Assembly (NCBI GenBank): GCA_964016885.1
Contig: OZ024741.1
Location: 275,590,001-275,654,000 of the forward strand
DNA from: Eledone cirrhosa
Lineage: Eukaryota
DNA: 64,000 nt
Direction of reading: 5' to 3'
Within the stretch, counting starts at the first letter, position 1. The number at the start of each line of letters is the position of its first letter. A program made the position numbers and the translations under genes. This document shows positions 48,981 through 61,367 of this stretch, piece by piece. The notes below the pieces were generated by a model that made no database searches, had not been told where the DNA came from, and worked only from the letters and a program-made list of their open reading frames with translations.

Positions 48981-48984
48981 AAAA

Positions 48985-49275
48985 AAGGGAACTGAAAAAT
49001 ATTTGTACCAGATACCTGGAAAGCCATCTCTGCAAGAGATACAGAAAATAGTACTGACTGGTACTGTCCATGTCCTGATAATGGCATTATCAATTTAAAT
49101 ACCTTGCAAAGACATTTACTGTTGTTTGTGCCCTTGCGGCATCATTTGTCTGACAATTGATTGTAAAATGTGTGTATTATAAAATGTTGCCTCAGGTGGC
49201 AGGTTGACACTCGGCAAGATTTGGGAAAGAAGCAGAATTCAAAGGAAGTTTTTTTTAAAATTATTATTATTATTT
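48985..49275 (+). mobile_element. R4/Dong-like non-LTR 3' remnant
   Basis: QIPGKPSLQEIQKIVLTGTVHVL resembles the RLE C-terminus; ends near (TTA)n. Confidence 0.45.
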
Positions 49276-49910
49276 ATTTTTAGTGATTTTTAATTATTTT
49301 TATCTTATTATTTTTAAAAATAATAATGATAATAACTTCTTTTTATTGCACAGACCCAAGCAGCAGGGGACAAGACAAGGATGAAAAGCAACATAATGGG
49401 GTTTACATGGAGTCGAAAGAAGGGGACACCAAGAAAGGGAAAACAGTAGATATAACATTAAAAATAACAATAATAAACAGTAATTATAACTATACAAAAC
49501 GATAACAAATGTCAAATAATAACTAAAAATTGTAAAATATATATTTTTTTAAACATCTGGTTGTCTTAAGAAGCATTGGTAAAATTTGAAATCTGAAATG
49601 TGAAATGTAGACATGGCCTGGGCCAATACTGGCCGAAACCTATCAAAGTTAGTCGTCCCAACAAAGGTGACTATAATAATAAAGGATCCTATAAATAATA
49701 GTTAAAAACATCAGGTAAAGTACCCCTGGAGACAGGGAAGCCTCCATTGTAGACACCTCTGTCCACTGTTTTCTATCTCTAGGGATATTTTACTCAATTT
49801 TTAAAACTATTGTTTATAGTGATTGACTACTATTATTATAGTCACCTGTCTTGGGACAACTACATTTAAAATTATTTGTTTGTTTGTTTTATTTTATTTG
49901 ATTTACTGAC

Positions 49911-50018
49911 CTCGTTTAGTGAATCTGACACAAGATATGATCGTCTCACATGGAGGTTGAGAAATAACATACCAATATCAGGAAGCTGTCGTTTCTGAAC
50001 TTTATCAACCAAACTTCG
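49911..50018 (-). CDS. HECTD2: HECTD2-like exon
   Basis: ttccag|RSLVDKVQKRQLPDIGMLFLNLHVRRSYLVSDSLNE|gtcagt. Confidence 0.95.
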
Positions 50019-50214
50019 CTGGAAAGAAACAGTGGAAATCTTTTATAAAAAAATTACAAATGTGGTCAGATTATAAATTTGTTATGGATGGGGGTGGGAA
50101 ACAGGTCCCAGTGTGGCTTTGATTGAACAGAAATATGATCAAAGGTATTCTGGTAAAAGCATGTATATAGTACTTGAAAAAGGTGAGATACTCATGACTA
50201 GAATGTATTTGATA

Positions 50215-50410
50215 ATAGATTTGATCATAGATTTGATCACAAATTTGATCATAAATTTGACCATTGATTTGATCACAGATTTGATCACAAATTTGATCAT
50301 AAATTTGACAATTGATTTGATCACAGATTTGATCACAAATTTGATCATAAATTTGACCATTGATTTGATCACAGATATGACCAAAGATTTAATTGATCAG
50401 AGTTGATCTG
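50215..50410. repeat. 12-bp minisatellite (atttgatcacar) with 60-bp higher-order unit
   Basis: Read directly. Confidence 0.85.
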
Positions 50411-50604
50411 AGGCAGGTTTAACAACAACAATAACAATACACACACACGCATATATATAAGTCCCTTCAAATTCTATATTATATTCAATATTAACTGGAA
50501 AGTTGAAAAGTTGATTTCTTTAAAAATATTGTAAAGGGAGGGTTAAGATGATGCTCCAGCATGGTCACAGTGTTAAAATCAGTAAAATAAAAGAGAGTAC
50601 TCAC

Positions 50605-50701
50605 TCTTGCCATGACAATCATCTGCTGCTCAGAGTCTCGTTGTAGAATGGTTCGTTTGGCACTGATGCTGAGTATAAAAGGGTATTGGCAGAAGGAAAA
50701 T
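50605..50701 (-). CDS. HECTD2: HECTD2-like exon
   Basis: caacag|A-FSFCQYPFILSISAKRTILQRDSEQQMIVMAR|gtgagt. Confidence 0.96.
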
Positions 50702-50750
50702 CTGTTGGGAATACACACACATACATATTACATATATATATATATATATT

Positions 50751-52538
50751 ATAATAGAATATAAAAGAAAAAGAAAAACGAACACGGATATACACATATA
50801 TGTGTTCAAATCGTAAGGGACCAGATTCGCTAAGGTGAAAAGAATACTAACTATAGACAATTGGGTTTGCTTGTCTCAATTTAAGAATAAATCAAGAAAA
50901 TAAATACAAACCGGAATTGTGGTAACTACCAATCACCCAGACAGCTTGTTGTTGTTTTGCAATGTTAGTTGTGAATAGAATTACCAATTCAAGCTCATCA
51001 GTGGGTGATGAATTAGTATCCTAGACACTTCTAAGTATATTAAGAAACTGAATAGTGTGCTATATATAATAGCGCACATGGCATCCTAGCGCGTCTCACA
51101 AACTTACACCACTAAAAATAGCAGCCAGGTTTATTCGACATTTGAAATAGCTCAACAAATTAACGGAGCTGAATATATCAAAGGTATATATTGAGTTAGA
51201 AACTCAAAATAGTCTCTTACAATAAAATAGCTCTAAGAAAGAGATATTTCCGAGCCATATATTATAATAAAATATAAAAGAAAAAGAAAAACGAACACAG
51301 ATATATACAGACCTGGAGACAATGCAGCAATGGATCACAGACTGGCAACTGAAGCTGGCTGTGGACAAGTGTACCACCATGCATTTTGGAAGGAAAAATC
51401 CAGCGTCCACATACTCCCTCCACAACACTGATATCAAGAAGTCCTCTTGTGAACGTGACCTGGGCATTACTGTCAGTAGCAATTTGCGTTGGACAAAGCA
51501 TGTCTCTAAGATTGTCAAGAAGGCCGAGGGTGTCTTGGCATCACTCAGCAAGACCTTTGTTAGCCGCTCTCCAGCCATCTATTTAAAACTGTATACAGCT
51601 ATGGTACGACCACACTTGGAATTCGCATCATCAGTCTGGAATCCCTACCTTGCTCAGAACATTGACCTCCTGGAAACTGTTCAGAGACGTGCAACCAAGC
51701 GCATACCCTCCATCAGACACCTACCATACTCTGAACGCCTTGCTTCCCTGGGCATGGATTCATTGAAGCTCTGATGTCTGGCAATGGACTTGGTGAATAC
51801 CTACAAATTTATTAACCATCTCGCCAATTGCAACCCTGAGCACCTTTTTGATCTCCATGTGTCTAACACACGTGGACATGCCTACAAAATCACTAAACAG
51901 CACAGCTCCCATGATTTTCGTAAACATTTTTTCACCCTCAGAGTTGCTGAAGCATGGAACAAACTGCCTGCGTCAGTTGTTAGCTGCCAAGACACTGCAT
52001 CCTTTAAGACATTCATGCTTCCCGAAATACGCCAAAACTACACCTGATGTACCCCTTCCATACACATGCACACATGTGTGTATCATGACTCGTGCACTGT
52101 TCATTTTACTGATGTTTGTGCATTATCCTATGTACTGTACATGTACTTTTTGATGAGTTGTGGTGCACCTGGGCACTGTACACAATATTTCATTATTATT
52201 ATTATTATTATTATATCATGACTCATACACTGTTCATTTTCCTGACATTTGTACATTATTCTATGTACTATACATGCACCTTTGATGAGTTGTAGTGCAC
52301 CTGAGGACTGTACACAATAATTTCATTATTATTATTATATATGTGTTCAAATCGTAAAGGACCAGATTCGCTAAGGTGAAAAGAATACTAACTATAGACA
52401 ATTGGGTTTGCTTGTCTCAATTTAAGAGAGAATCAAGAAAATAAATACAAACCGGAATTGTGGTAACTACCAATCAGCCAGACAATTTTATTGTAAGAGA
52501 CTATTTTGAGTTCCTAACTCAATATATACCTTTGATAC
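50751..52538 (-). mobile_element. Retrozyme-like tandem element (513-bp period) with type I HHR at 50932-51009 and short inverted end, interrupted by a LINE
   Basis: 50751-50943 repeats as 51264-51309 + 52337-52484; 52485-52538 is the reverse complement of 51174-51228; atcaccca-CTGATGA-gc...gc-aAAA-caac-aacaa-gctg-TC-tgggtgat. Confidence 0.75.
51310..52336 (+). mobile_element. CR1-group LINE 3' fragment with duplicated 3' UTR and (ATT)n tails
   Basis: ERDLGI, MVRPHLEFASSVWNPY, VQRRATKRI, TRGH, FFTLRVAEAWNKLP; 52083-52213 repeated at 52214-52336. Confidence 0.9.
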
Positions 52539-52554
52539 ACACACACACACACAC

Positions 52555-52601
<47 letters not shown>

Positions 52602-53103
52602 CATACATTTCCTACATATATATATAAATATGTGAATTTTTTTATTTCTAAAGAAATATGGTATGTTTATAAAAAAAATATTCTGAAAACCATAGCTATG
52701 ATTATAACATTGGCAGTCAGTGCCTCCCAGCAGTGCCTGGCAGAAGCAAGGGAGACAACTGTTGATGCACTTCAAACTTAAATGGTTCTCATCAGGATGG
52801 TGTTTCCCTCTTGCCACAGTTGAAAATATATAGTTTTCTCATGAGGGGATTAAACTCATTTGCATTTGAAGCTGTACAAGTTGCCTCAACTTAAAATAGA
52901 ATTAGAATTTAGCTTCGAACATAGCTGTATACAAATATGTATGTGAATTTCGTATTTCTAAAGAAATGCGGCATGTTTATAAATATATATATACATACAC
53001 ACACATATGTACATACATACATACATGCATCTATCCATACATACATGCATACATATATACACACATACATATATACATGCATACATACATACATACTTAC
53101 ATA

Positions 53104-53138
<35 letters not shown>

Positions 53139-53146
<8 letters not shown>

Positions 53147-53250
53147 TAAAATAACAGATTAAAGTTTAAGCAAAGAATCGCTGCTTTCACCCTTAACGGG
53201 ATCTTCTGAAACTCTTTGCTTAAACTTTAATCTGTTATTTTAATAAATAT
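53139..53250 (-). mobile_element. Palindromic mini-element: 38-bp perfect arms around a decayed HHR core
   Basis: 53139-53176 is the reverse complement of 53213-53250; centre (-) CaGAAGA-tccc-gttaa-gggt-GAAA-gcagc. Confidence 0.65.
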
Positions 53251-53483
53251 TTGCTCTACGGTTCTTATATATTTGATATATATTTTCCTTATCGAGCCCT
53301 CTTTGGATTTTAGTCTTCAATTTTATTATTATTACTATCATTTGATTTATTGATTTATTGATTTTTTATCTGAGTGTCCCGAATCTTCCAGATCGCAACT
53401 TTTCGATCGTACGGTTGATTATAGACTTGTTCTATGTGTGACGGTATTTTAACGATAGTTATAGCTCTGATTTATCTAAATTA

Positions 53484-53835
53484 TGGAGCCCTCTGCCGCT
53501 CATATTGAATTTTGTTTATCGTGAACTCGTGCGCCGATTTTTCGATACTCGATTATTCTACTATATTTAGCTCTAGACCTAGCTATTGACCAGTTAATTT
53601 TATTGTTCATTTTTTGTCGATTCTATTAAATGATGAATAGCTCCTGTTTATTTTAACATGTCTATTGAGCACTCTTATTCGATATGTGTATTTCCACATT
53701 TTCCCGAATTCCATGTGCATATTTAGCTTGGGTTATGCCTTTTCATTCGTTTGGAGCCCTCTGCCGCTCATATTGAATTTTGTTTATCGTGAACTCGTGC
53801 GCCGATTTTTCGATACTCGATTATTCTACTATATA
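53484..53835. repeat. ~82-bp direct repeat (53484-53566, 53752-53835)
   Basis: tggagccctctgccgctcatattgaattttg...gattattctactatat twice. Confidence 0.85.
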
Positions 53836-54009
53836 TATATATATATATATATGGGATAACAAGTTATCATTTTAGGTAATCCAGTTAGAGGTTATGAGTA
53901 CTCTGTACTATGGATAATTTTAACGTATGGCGTTGTTTGACTCAACAAGAGGTTGCCTTAGTTAGGTAGCGAGTTTGCAAGAATTCCCATGCAGGTTATT
54001 CTTGGAGCA

Positions 54010-55452
54010 ATAGTAGTAAAAGAGTGAAGAATAACATGATCGGCTGTACAAGAAGGGTTTTATTTACAGTATTAACAATTGTTTCATTGATCAGGTGAGT
54101 CTAAAGGCCGCTAATCACTCGAGGTTGCGCCACTCGAACTTAAATACAGATGGTATGTGCATAGGCATTCTATAAAAAACCGTAGACTTGCAAATACAAT
54201 GACACTGGCCAATAAGATCTGGCAGCTTAAGGACATCAACCAGAAATACGAGATTACCTGGTCAAAGTTATCGAGTGCAAGGGCCTACAGAAATGGAATG
54301 TCCCACTGTGAACTATGCAATATGGAGCTGCACCATATTTTAAAGTATGATAAAATGCTGTTAAACAACAAGATAGAACGATCAATCTTCTGTAGGCACA
54401 AAGCAGCCACCAAGTTCTCTAACTTCAAACCACAACCGGCATGATTCAATCCAGCAACCTCGGAATTCAGTCGAAACAACCCGAATTTAAATGTACTAGC
54501 TTCTCACCACTCCACTGTTATTAGCTGTCAACTGACCAACTGATCATTAAATCAACATCATGAATCTCCCAACCTTTCTTTCACTCTCTATCTCTATAGC
54601 CACATTAAGATAAAACAATCAGTCTACCAGACCTTAATCACCCATATATCATCACTGCCCCTTTCACTTTTTATTCTCTATCTGTATATCTACTGTTTCC
54701 CCTATCCTACCCTTTATGTCTCATCCTCGAATCCTTATTCTCATTCTCTGTATCCTGTTCCTTATCTCTTTCTCTCTTACTTTTTATTTATATTTAATCC
54801 TCTGATATTTTATTGTACCTCTTGCATTTTTATTTCACCAATTTATAAACTCCATACACTACATATCATATATATTTTGTATTTCTTTTCATGTTATTGT
54901 TATCATTAATGTCATCACTATTTTACACATCCACTAGGGTCGGACGCCATGCTTTGAAGCATAGGGTTACGTCCCTTTATGATCTGAGTTCAAATCCTGC
55001 CGAGGTTAACTTTGCCTTTCATCCTTACGGGGGTCGATAAAATAAAGTACCAGTAATACACAGGGTAATTGCTGGCCTTGTGCCTAAAATAGAAACAATT
55101 ATAACTTCAACTACCACCACCACTACTACTATTATCAGTACCCATATTTTGTACTTGTTTTTTACTTATTTTTTACATCTTTATCATTTTCATTTTTACA
55201 CTTTTATTATTGATTTATTGTTTTCATTCACTTGATTCTCTAATGTATCTATAAATACCAATGCCATGTGTTACACCCTCCAGTATTCCCATGATTTGAT
55301 CAGAGACACGCACTGTATTTAAGGTCAAGTGATGCAACTTCGAGTGATCAGCGGTTTTTAGACTCACCTGATCAATGAAACAATTGTTACTACTATAAAT
55401 AAAACACTTTTTGTACAGCCGACCATGTGATTCTTCACTCTTTCACTACTAT
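54010..55452 (+). mobile_element. PLE remnant: inverted terminus + GIY-YIG C-terminus + 3' region with long-stem-II HHR relic (55281-55394)
   Basis: 54157-54444 TLANKIWQLKD..ITWSKL..AY..CELCNME..LLN..FCRH; 54010-54149 is approximately the reverse complement of 55312-55452. Confidence 0.82.
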
Positions 55453-55519
55453 ACATATATATATATATACACACACAGACATATATATGCACACATATAT
55501 GCATATACATACATACATA

Positions 55520-56258
55520 TATACATACATACATCTATCTAGGGTGGGTAAAATTCCCGAGATCCATGGATGAGTTCTCTCAAGCAGTCTCTGTCCCTCA
55601 TCATCGCTGCCATGTCCTGCGTCTCCAAGAGACCGGTGTATGTCCTTAGGGCATCAACATATGTCAACCTCGGTCTCCCTCTTCTAGTGTGTTCATGCAG
55701 GGGCTCCCACAGGAGGACTGAGTGCAGTGTCAACTCTGGATGTCAGTGAGCATGTCCAGTTAACCTCTGGATGTCAGTGAGCATGTCCAGTTAACCTCAG
55801 TCTCCTCTGTGCTACTCTTGAGCTGACATTTGGGAGGCTCCCATACAGCTCTGAGTTCTTCATCCTCAGTGTGTTCTGATTAATGTTCAGGACCATCCTC
55901 AGCATTCTCGTGTAGCACCCATCCATCATCTGAGTGAGTTTCTTGGTCAGTGTCCAAGTCTCAGACACATACAGCAGCACAGATTCCACTACAGCAACAA
56001 AGAGGTGGATCTTCAGGTCTTTACGAAGGTCTGACTTCCACACCAATCTCAAACTGTGGCAGGCTGCCCAGGCTTTGCTCTTCCTCTCAACCACATCATC
56101 CTCTGTGTTTCCAATCTTTGCTCCCAGATACAGGAAGTCCTCAACCAATTCTAGCGGCTTCCTGCCTACATTCATAATCTTCTCGGGCTTCTTAATATTC
56201 TCTACCAGATACTTCGTCTTAACCTCATTTATTCTCAGCCCCACACTCATCAACACTG
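55520..56258 (-). mobile_element. RTE-type LINE 3' part (second family)
   Basis: GLRINEVKTK, FLYLG, LLYVSETW, RRLRLTGH, RRGRPRLTY; 30-bp tandem duplication at ~55735-55795. Confidence 0.88.
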
Positions 56259-56280
56259 GTGAAAAACACAGTGTGTCGAT

Positions 56281-57037
56281 ACATACATGATGGCTGCCCC
56301 CTCATTATCGAGTATGGCCATTGCACAAAAAAACCCCCAAAAACGTAATAACGACAATAATAATAACAACAATAATAATAATTGTTTCTACTTTTGGCAC
56401 AAGGCCAGCAATCACTCAGTGTATTACTGATACTTTATTTTATCGACCCCGTAAGGATGAAAGGCAAAGTTAACCTCGGCGGGATTTGAACTCAGATCAT
56501 AAAGGGCCGTAACTCTTCGCTGCAAAGCATGACACACACACACACAATAACAATTAACAGTGAAGCGATCAAATGTGGCTTTTTAGCCCAGCCAATGATC
56601 TAAAATGTCTTTCACAGGGTTGGCAAGCAAAACATTCACTGGCAGCAGCCGGCTGTGGTTGGAGTTTGTGTACTTTTGCATGTCGTTTGAGCCCTCCTGC
56701 TGATTTACATTCTCTACCACATGTTTGGCAAGCATGATGAGTAGCATCTCCAACAGCAGCCTGGTAGTCAACCACAGGTCTCACTTTATGACTGCGAAGA
56801 TGACTTTAGAGTCCAGTTTTGCTGAGGCAGAGATCGCACAGACGCTGCATGTCAGCACCATAGGAGGACCTTCGCTGTCTGGAAGTGCAACAACAATGCC
56901 CTTCCTCACATCCCGCTTTACTTTCTCGTATGCGATTAGAGATGCCTCAAAGGCAACTTTCCCCTCATATACAGTCTTTCTCCATTTATTACGATAAGCA
57001 ACAATATTTTCCCATGTATCAGCAGAGATGTTAGTGT
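56281..57037 (-). mobile_element. RTE 3' end with tandem C2H2 fingers, interrupted by a SINE
   Basis: WENIVAYRNKWR, CSVC.., CQTCGRECKSAGGLKRHAKVH, CQPCERHFRSLAGLKSH. Confidence 0.82.
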
Positions 57038-57087
57038 CTTGTATGTATGTATCATATGATACATACATACATACATAGTGAACTTAC

Positions 57088-57211
57088 CCGCCATTTGAGG
57101 AGACACTCTGCCATTTGTAATATTCTGCCAGTAAATCTAACTGTTCAAGATGGTGGTTATAGAAGTCTTCAAAGAGAATAATACAGGGCTTCACTAAGTT
57201 ATTGGCAGCAT
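57088..57211 (-). CDS. HECTD2: HECTD2-like exon
   Basis: ttctag|AT-AANNLVKPCIILFEDFYNHHLEQLDLLAEYYKWQSVSSNG-GG|gtaagt; aligns by eye to HECTD2 (N)TANNLVHPPLIPYTDFYN. Confidence 0.92.
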
Positions 57212-57220
57212 CTAGAATAG

Positions 57221-60200
57221 ATAGATAAATTTCTTTATTAGCCACAAGGGCACAAAAGAAGGGGACAAATACAAATGGGGAGTTTACATACAGGTATATG
57301 AAAATAAAACTATTAATAAAATAACAAATAACAATTGAAATCCCCAATAGGGGGGAGGCGTTACACAGGGGTTGTACACACCCCGAAAAAATGTACAACC
57401 CTCATCTCCAGGAGCACCAAGAGTGAGTACTCCCTTCCTCTCTTCCTCTTTTTCCTCAACCTACAGGCTTATATAGAGAGAAGGCCCAACCACTCGAGCC
57501 ATCTTTGTCACATTCACCCACCTTTTTAAAAATTTGCTGGGGTACAGCACCTCTCTCTCCATCCTGATTCTTCTTCCAAAATGATATTTGAAAAAACGAA
57601 TCAGTTGCTCGCTGGAGATAAAGGTGTCTGACCTCAGCCCTTTTAACCTCGTCCACCATATAACCTCTTTCACCATAGCCATGACACATAGGAAAACCGC
57701 CTCTCCCTCGGTTTTGAAGGAGGGTGGCGGTTTGATCATGACAATGGACTTGGTGGTCAACTGGATTAGTCCCACCCGTGACAATAGTCGTTCTACATCG
57801 CCCACAAGTCGGTAACGCCCGGGCAGTGTACAAATGCGTGCGCGACGGTTTCTTTGTCGCGCACACATCTCGGACAGATCTTTTTCGAAGGGTCCCTACC
57901 CGGGCGCCCGTGTCTGTAGAGCTTGTCTCGAACTGGTAGAGCTCCTCGGTAGCACTGCCAGGCCAGGGATTTTGGAAGTTGTCCATTGGTTCCGGGCGGA
58001 AGGTCCTACCGAACAGATTGGCCAGTTTGTCCTCTACACCTAGAGTTTCTCCGAGTGTGTCGTCGCACTTACTGCGGACCAACCCTCTATAGAATGTCGA
58101 AGTGGAGTCTCCACTGATCGCTGGGTCCGTTTGCCAGAGGGCTGTGAGCGCCTGAGCACATTTTCCTCGGTCTTTGCTTGACCCAGGACTGCAGCTTGGT
58201 CAGCGAGACGAGTCGTGGAAAGGCTTGCCTCACGAATGGGGCCCACACCGGTTATCTGGTGAGGAATACGTGGAGGTGCTGCAGCCTGAGTGCGTGTTTG
58301 CGCATCGTCAGCCACGGCATCCCCAGCCCTCCGTTTGAAGGGTGTTGGCAGCAGATGGATCTTCTCACCAAAGGAGCCCATTTCTTCCAAAGAAATTGAA
58401 AGAGCGCGCGCTCCATTTTGGTGAGCGTTTTGGCTGGACAAGGCACGACGGTCAAGTGGTAGTAGATGACAGACGCGATAAAAGTGTTCGCCACCTCTGC
58501 TCGACCTTTCAAGGATAGTTTGCACTCGGCCCACTTCTGGGTGAGCGCAAACACCTTGGCCATCACCTCGTTCAAGTTCTTCTCCACCTGGAGGTTCGGA
58601 CAAAACCAGACCCCGAGCAGCTTTACCGGTCCTTCCATCCAGTGTCCGATGACGTCATCGGAAGGCATCGGTTTGCCTCTCCATGTTCCGAGTTGCAAAC
58701 CAATGGATTTGTCCCGGTTCAGCTTCGCTCCTGTGAACCTTTCGTATTCCTCCAGTAAGGTGCCGACCTCCTCGATTTGCGAGGCGCTTGACACCATTAC
58801 TGCCACGTCGTCGGCGTAGGCCGATGCCGCTTTTCGCAGTCCCGGTTCCAAAGGGATGCTCTGCAATAGCTCCAGCTTCCGCAGTAGTGGCTCGAGAGTC
58901 AGTACGTACAGAAGGGAGGAGAGAGGGCATCCCTGTCGGATGGATTGCGTGATATGGATCGGCCCCGAGAGGTAGCCGTTCACCTTGACCCTTGAGCAGA
59001 TGTTGCTGCTGTGAATTGCAGCAATCCAGCCCCTGAACACGAGTCCAAAGCCTGCCGCCTCGAGCACCGCATCCAGGTAACGATGGTCAACCCTATCGAA
59101 AGCCTTAGACTGATCCAAGTTGATCAGGGCCCCACCGAAGCCAGGTTTACACCCTACCCTCTCTACGATGTATCGCATGAGGTGGAGGTTGTCGTGTATG
59201 GACCTGGTCGGGATTGCGCATGTCTGCGCTTCTCCCACCAGGTTTTCGATGACAAGCGCCAACCTCTTTGCCAACACCTTGGCCAAAATCTGTAACTCTG
59301 TGTTGAGCAGAGTTATGGGCCGGAAGTTGCCTATGTCATCCCCCTTATTCTCGTCCTTCCTGACTAACGTGACTACGCCCTTGGTCACAGAACTGGGAAT
59401 TCTCCCGTTCTGCTGCCAGTTGCAGTAGACCGCTTCCAGGAGACTGGAGAACAAGTCCGACATTGCTACGTAAAATTCGTAGGGTAGACCGTCGAGACCT
59501 GGAGATTTGCGTTTTCCGCATTGGCTCAGCGCGTCCCTTATCTCAGCGGCCGAAATCGGCCTTTCGCAGAACTTCGCCTCGCTGTCTAAGAGTCACAATA
59601 GACCGTCGAGGTATGGACCGAAATCCATAGCCCCTCCCGGTGCGCCGCCCTGCCTGAACAGTTGAGCAAAGTGCCGCTGAAAGGCCGCACACATCTGCTT
59701 TGGCTCACGTATCACGCGTCCGTCTTGGTCCTTCAAAGACCGAATCGTGGACTTGTTGCCACTTTTCGCCTCCGTCACTCGGGCCCAGCTAACAGCTTTG
59801 GCTCCCTCGTTTCCCAGAGCACGTATTTTGCTTCTGACAATGCAGCCTTCATGCTTTGTGTCGAAGAACTGGTCCAAGACTGTTCTCGTCGCTAGCACGC
59901 TGGCTATGTTGCCACTCCTAAGTGCCTCTTCTACTTTATCTACCAGTTCCTTTTTGGTCTTAGTTCTATCTAACACTAATTCTTTACTAAAACCTATCGA
60001 GTCTAATCTAACTGCCCTCTTGAGAGTGTACCACCATCTGTTGTTGACAATGGCCCCCGTCAAGTGCTGCTTAACTAAAGTGCTAATCCATCTACTGTAG
60101 GCTTTGCATGTCGGTAACGACAAGTTCAGCTTCCAGTAGCCGAGTCCCTGTCTATGGGGTTTGTCAAGGTTGACTAAGCAGGTTACTAATTTGTGATCTG

Positions 60201-60933
60201 AATAGGCAACCATGAACATTTGTGGAGAGCTTAACATGTCCCTATCCTTCTTTTTAACTAGAACCCTATCTAGGTACGATCTAGATGTTCCGCTGAGATT
60301 AGTCCACGTCCACAGTGGCACAGTCGGAAAATCTAGTCGATATCTATCGGCCAGGTCAAATCGGCCAATTAACTGTTTGAGGCTGTTACACCCCCCTTTA
60401 TCGGGACATGCTCCCACATAGTCCCAACGTGCATCTAGGATTCCATTCCAGTCCCCCACTAACAGCAGGGAGTGGGATGTTCCCAGAAAAGTCTCTAGAC
60501 GTTTGAAGAAGTCTGGCTGCGGTGTCCCGGATGGGGCATATGCGGCCACCAGCCTGAAGGCTCCACCTTCACTACCGTCAACGTCTACCAGTCGACCCTC
60601 AGGGTCCAGATGTACCGTCTGTGTTACGAGGTCCAGGTGTTTCCGCAGCAAAATGGCAACCCCACCCCCACCTCCTGGCTGACAGAGAGAGGCGTAGATT
60701 TCAAAGTTGTCGAAGGTGGGGGCCAGTTGTTGCTCGCTGTGGATCCTGGATTCGCAAATGGCTACTACATCCATACTGTGCGACCTGAGGTCGTTTAAGA
60801 GTTTTCCCTGTTTCCAGGGCATCCCCAGGCCGCGTACATTCACACATCCAACTCTTATATTGGCCATGTTGGTGCTGAAAAGTTAAAAGAAGAGGAAAAG
60901 AAATCACTCACCTCTTCGTCTCCTGGGGACCAG
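57221..60933 (-). mobile_element. L1/Tx1-clade LINE: near-complete ORF2 (APE endonuclease, RT, Zn-knuckle) with a few lesions
   Basis: ATG 60867, NVRGL, GDWN, SYLDRV, SDH, WKLN; stop at 59593; KSPGLDG, FRPITLLN, LDQSKAFDRV, RQGCPLS, YADD, GGLG; AATAAA + (CTAT)n tail. Confidence 0.93.
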
Positions 60934-61367
60934 GATAGATATATAGATTTCTTTATTTGCCACAAGGGCGCACAAGAAAGGGGGACAATACAAAGACACA
61001 TGCCGGGGTTGTTTAATACCCCGTCGATAGAACAACCCTCAACTTCAGGAGCATGTTATGCAAGTGCTCCTTTCTTCCTTTTGCTCTCTTCTTCAGAGAA
61101 GGCCCAATCACTCGGGCCATTTATGCTACATTCACCCACCGTTCAGTAAATTTACTGAGGTCCAGTGCTTCTCTCTCCATTCTGATTCTCCTTCTAAAGT
61201 GGTATCTAAAGAAGGGAATGAGTTGTTGTCCAGAGAGAAAGGCATCTGTTCTCAGTCCTCTCAATCTCGTCCACCATATAACCTCTTTCACCATAGCCAC
61301 TATACAGAGGAAAACCGCCTCTCTTTCGTTTTTGAAAGAAGTTGGCGGTTTGATCCTTACTATTATC
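60934..61367 (-). mobile_element. Second, 5'-truncated Tx1 copy (3' end)
   Basis: Homologous to 57221-57745 (EAVFLC..AMVKEVIWWTRL); same AATAAAGAAAT-(CTAT) tail. Confidence 0.9.

Noticed and set aside
50113-50406. LIIDLIT repeat ORFs on both strands
   Set aside because: 12-bp minisatellite in an intron
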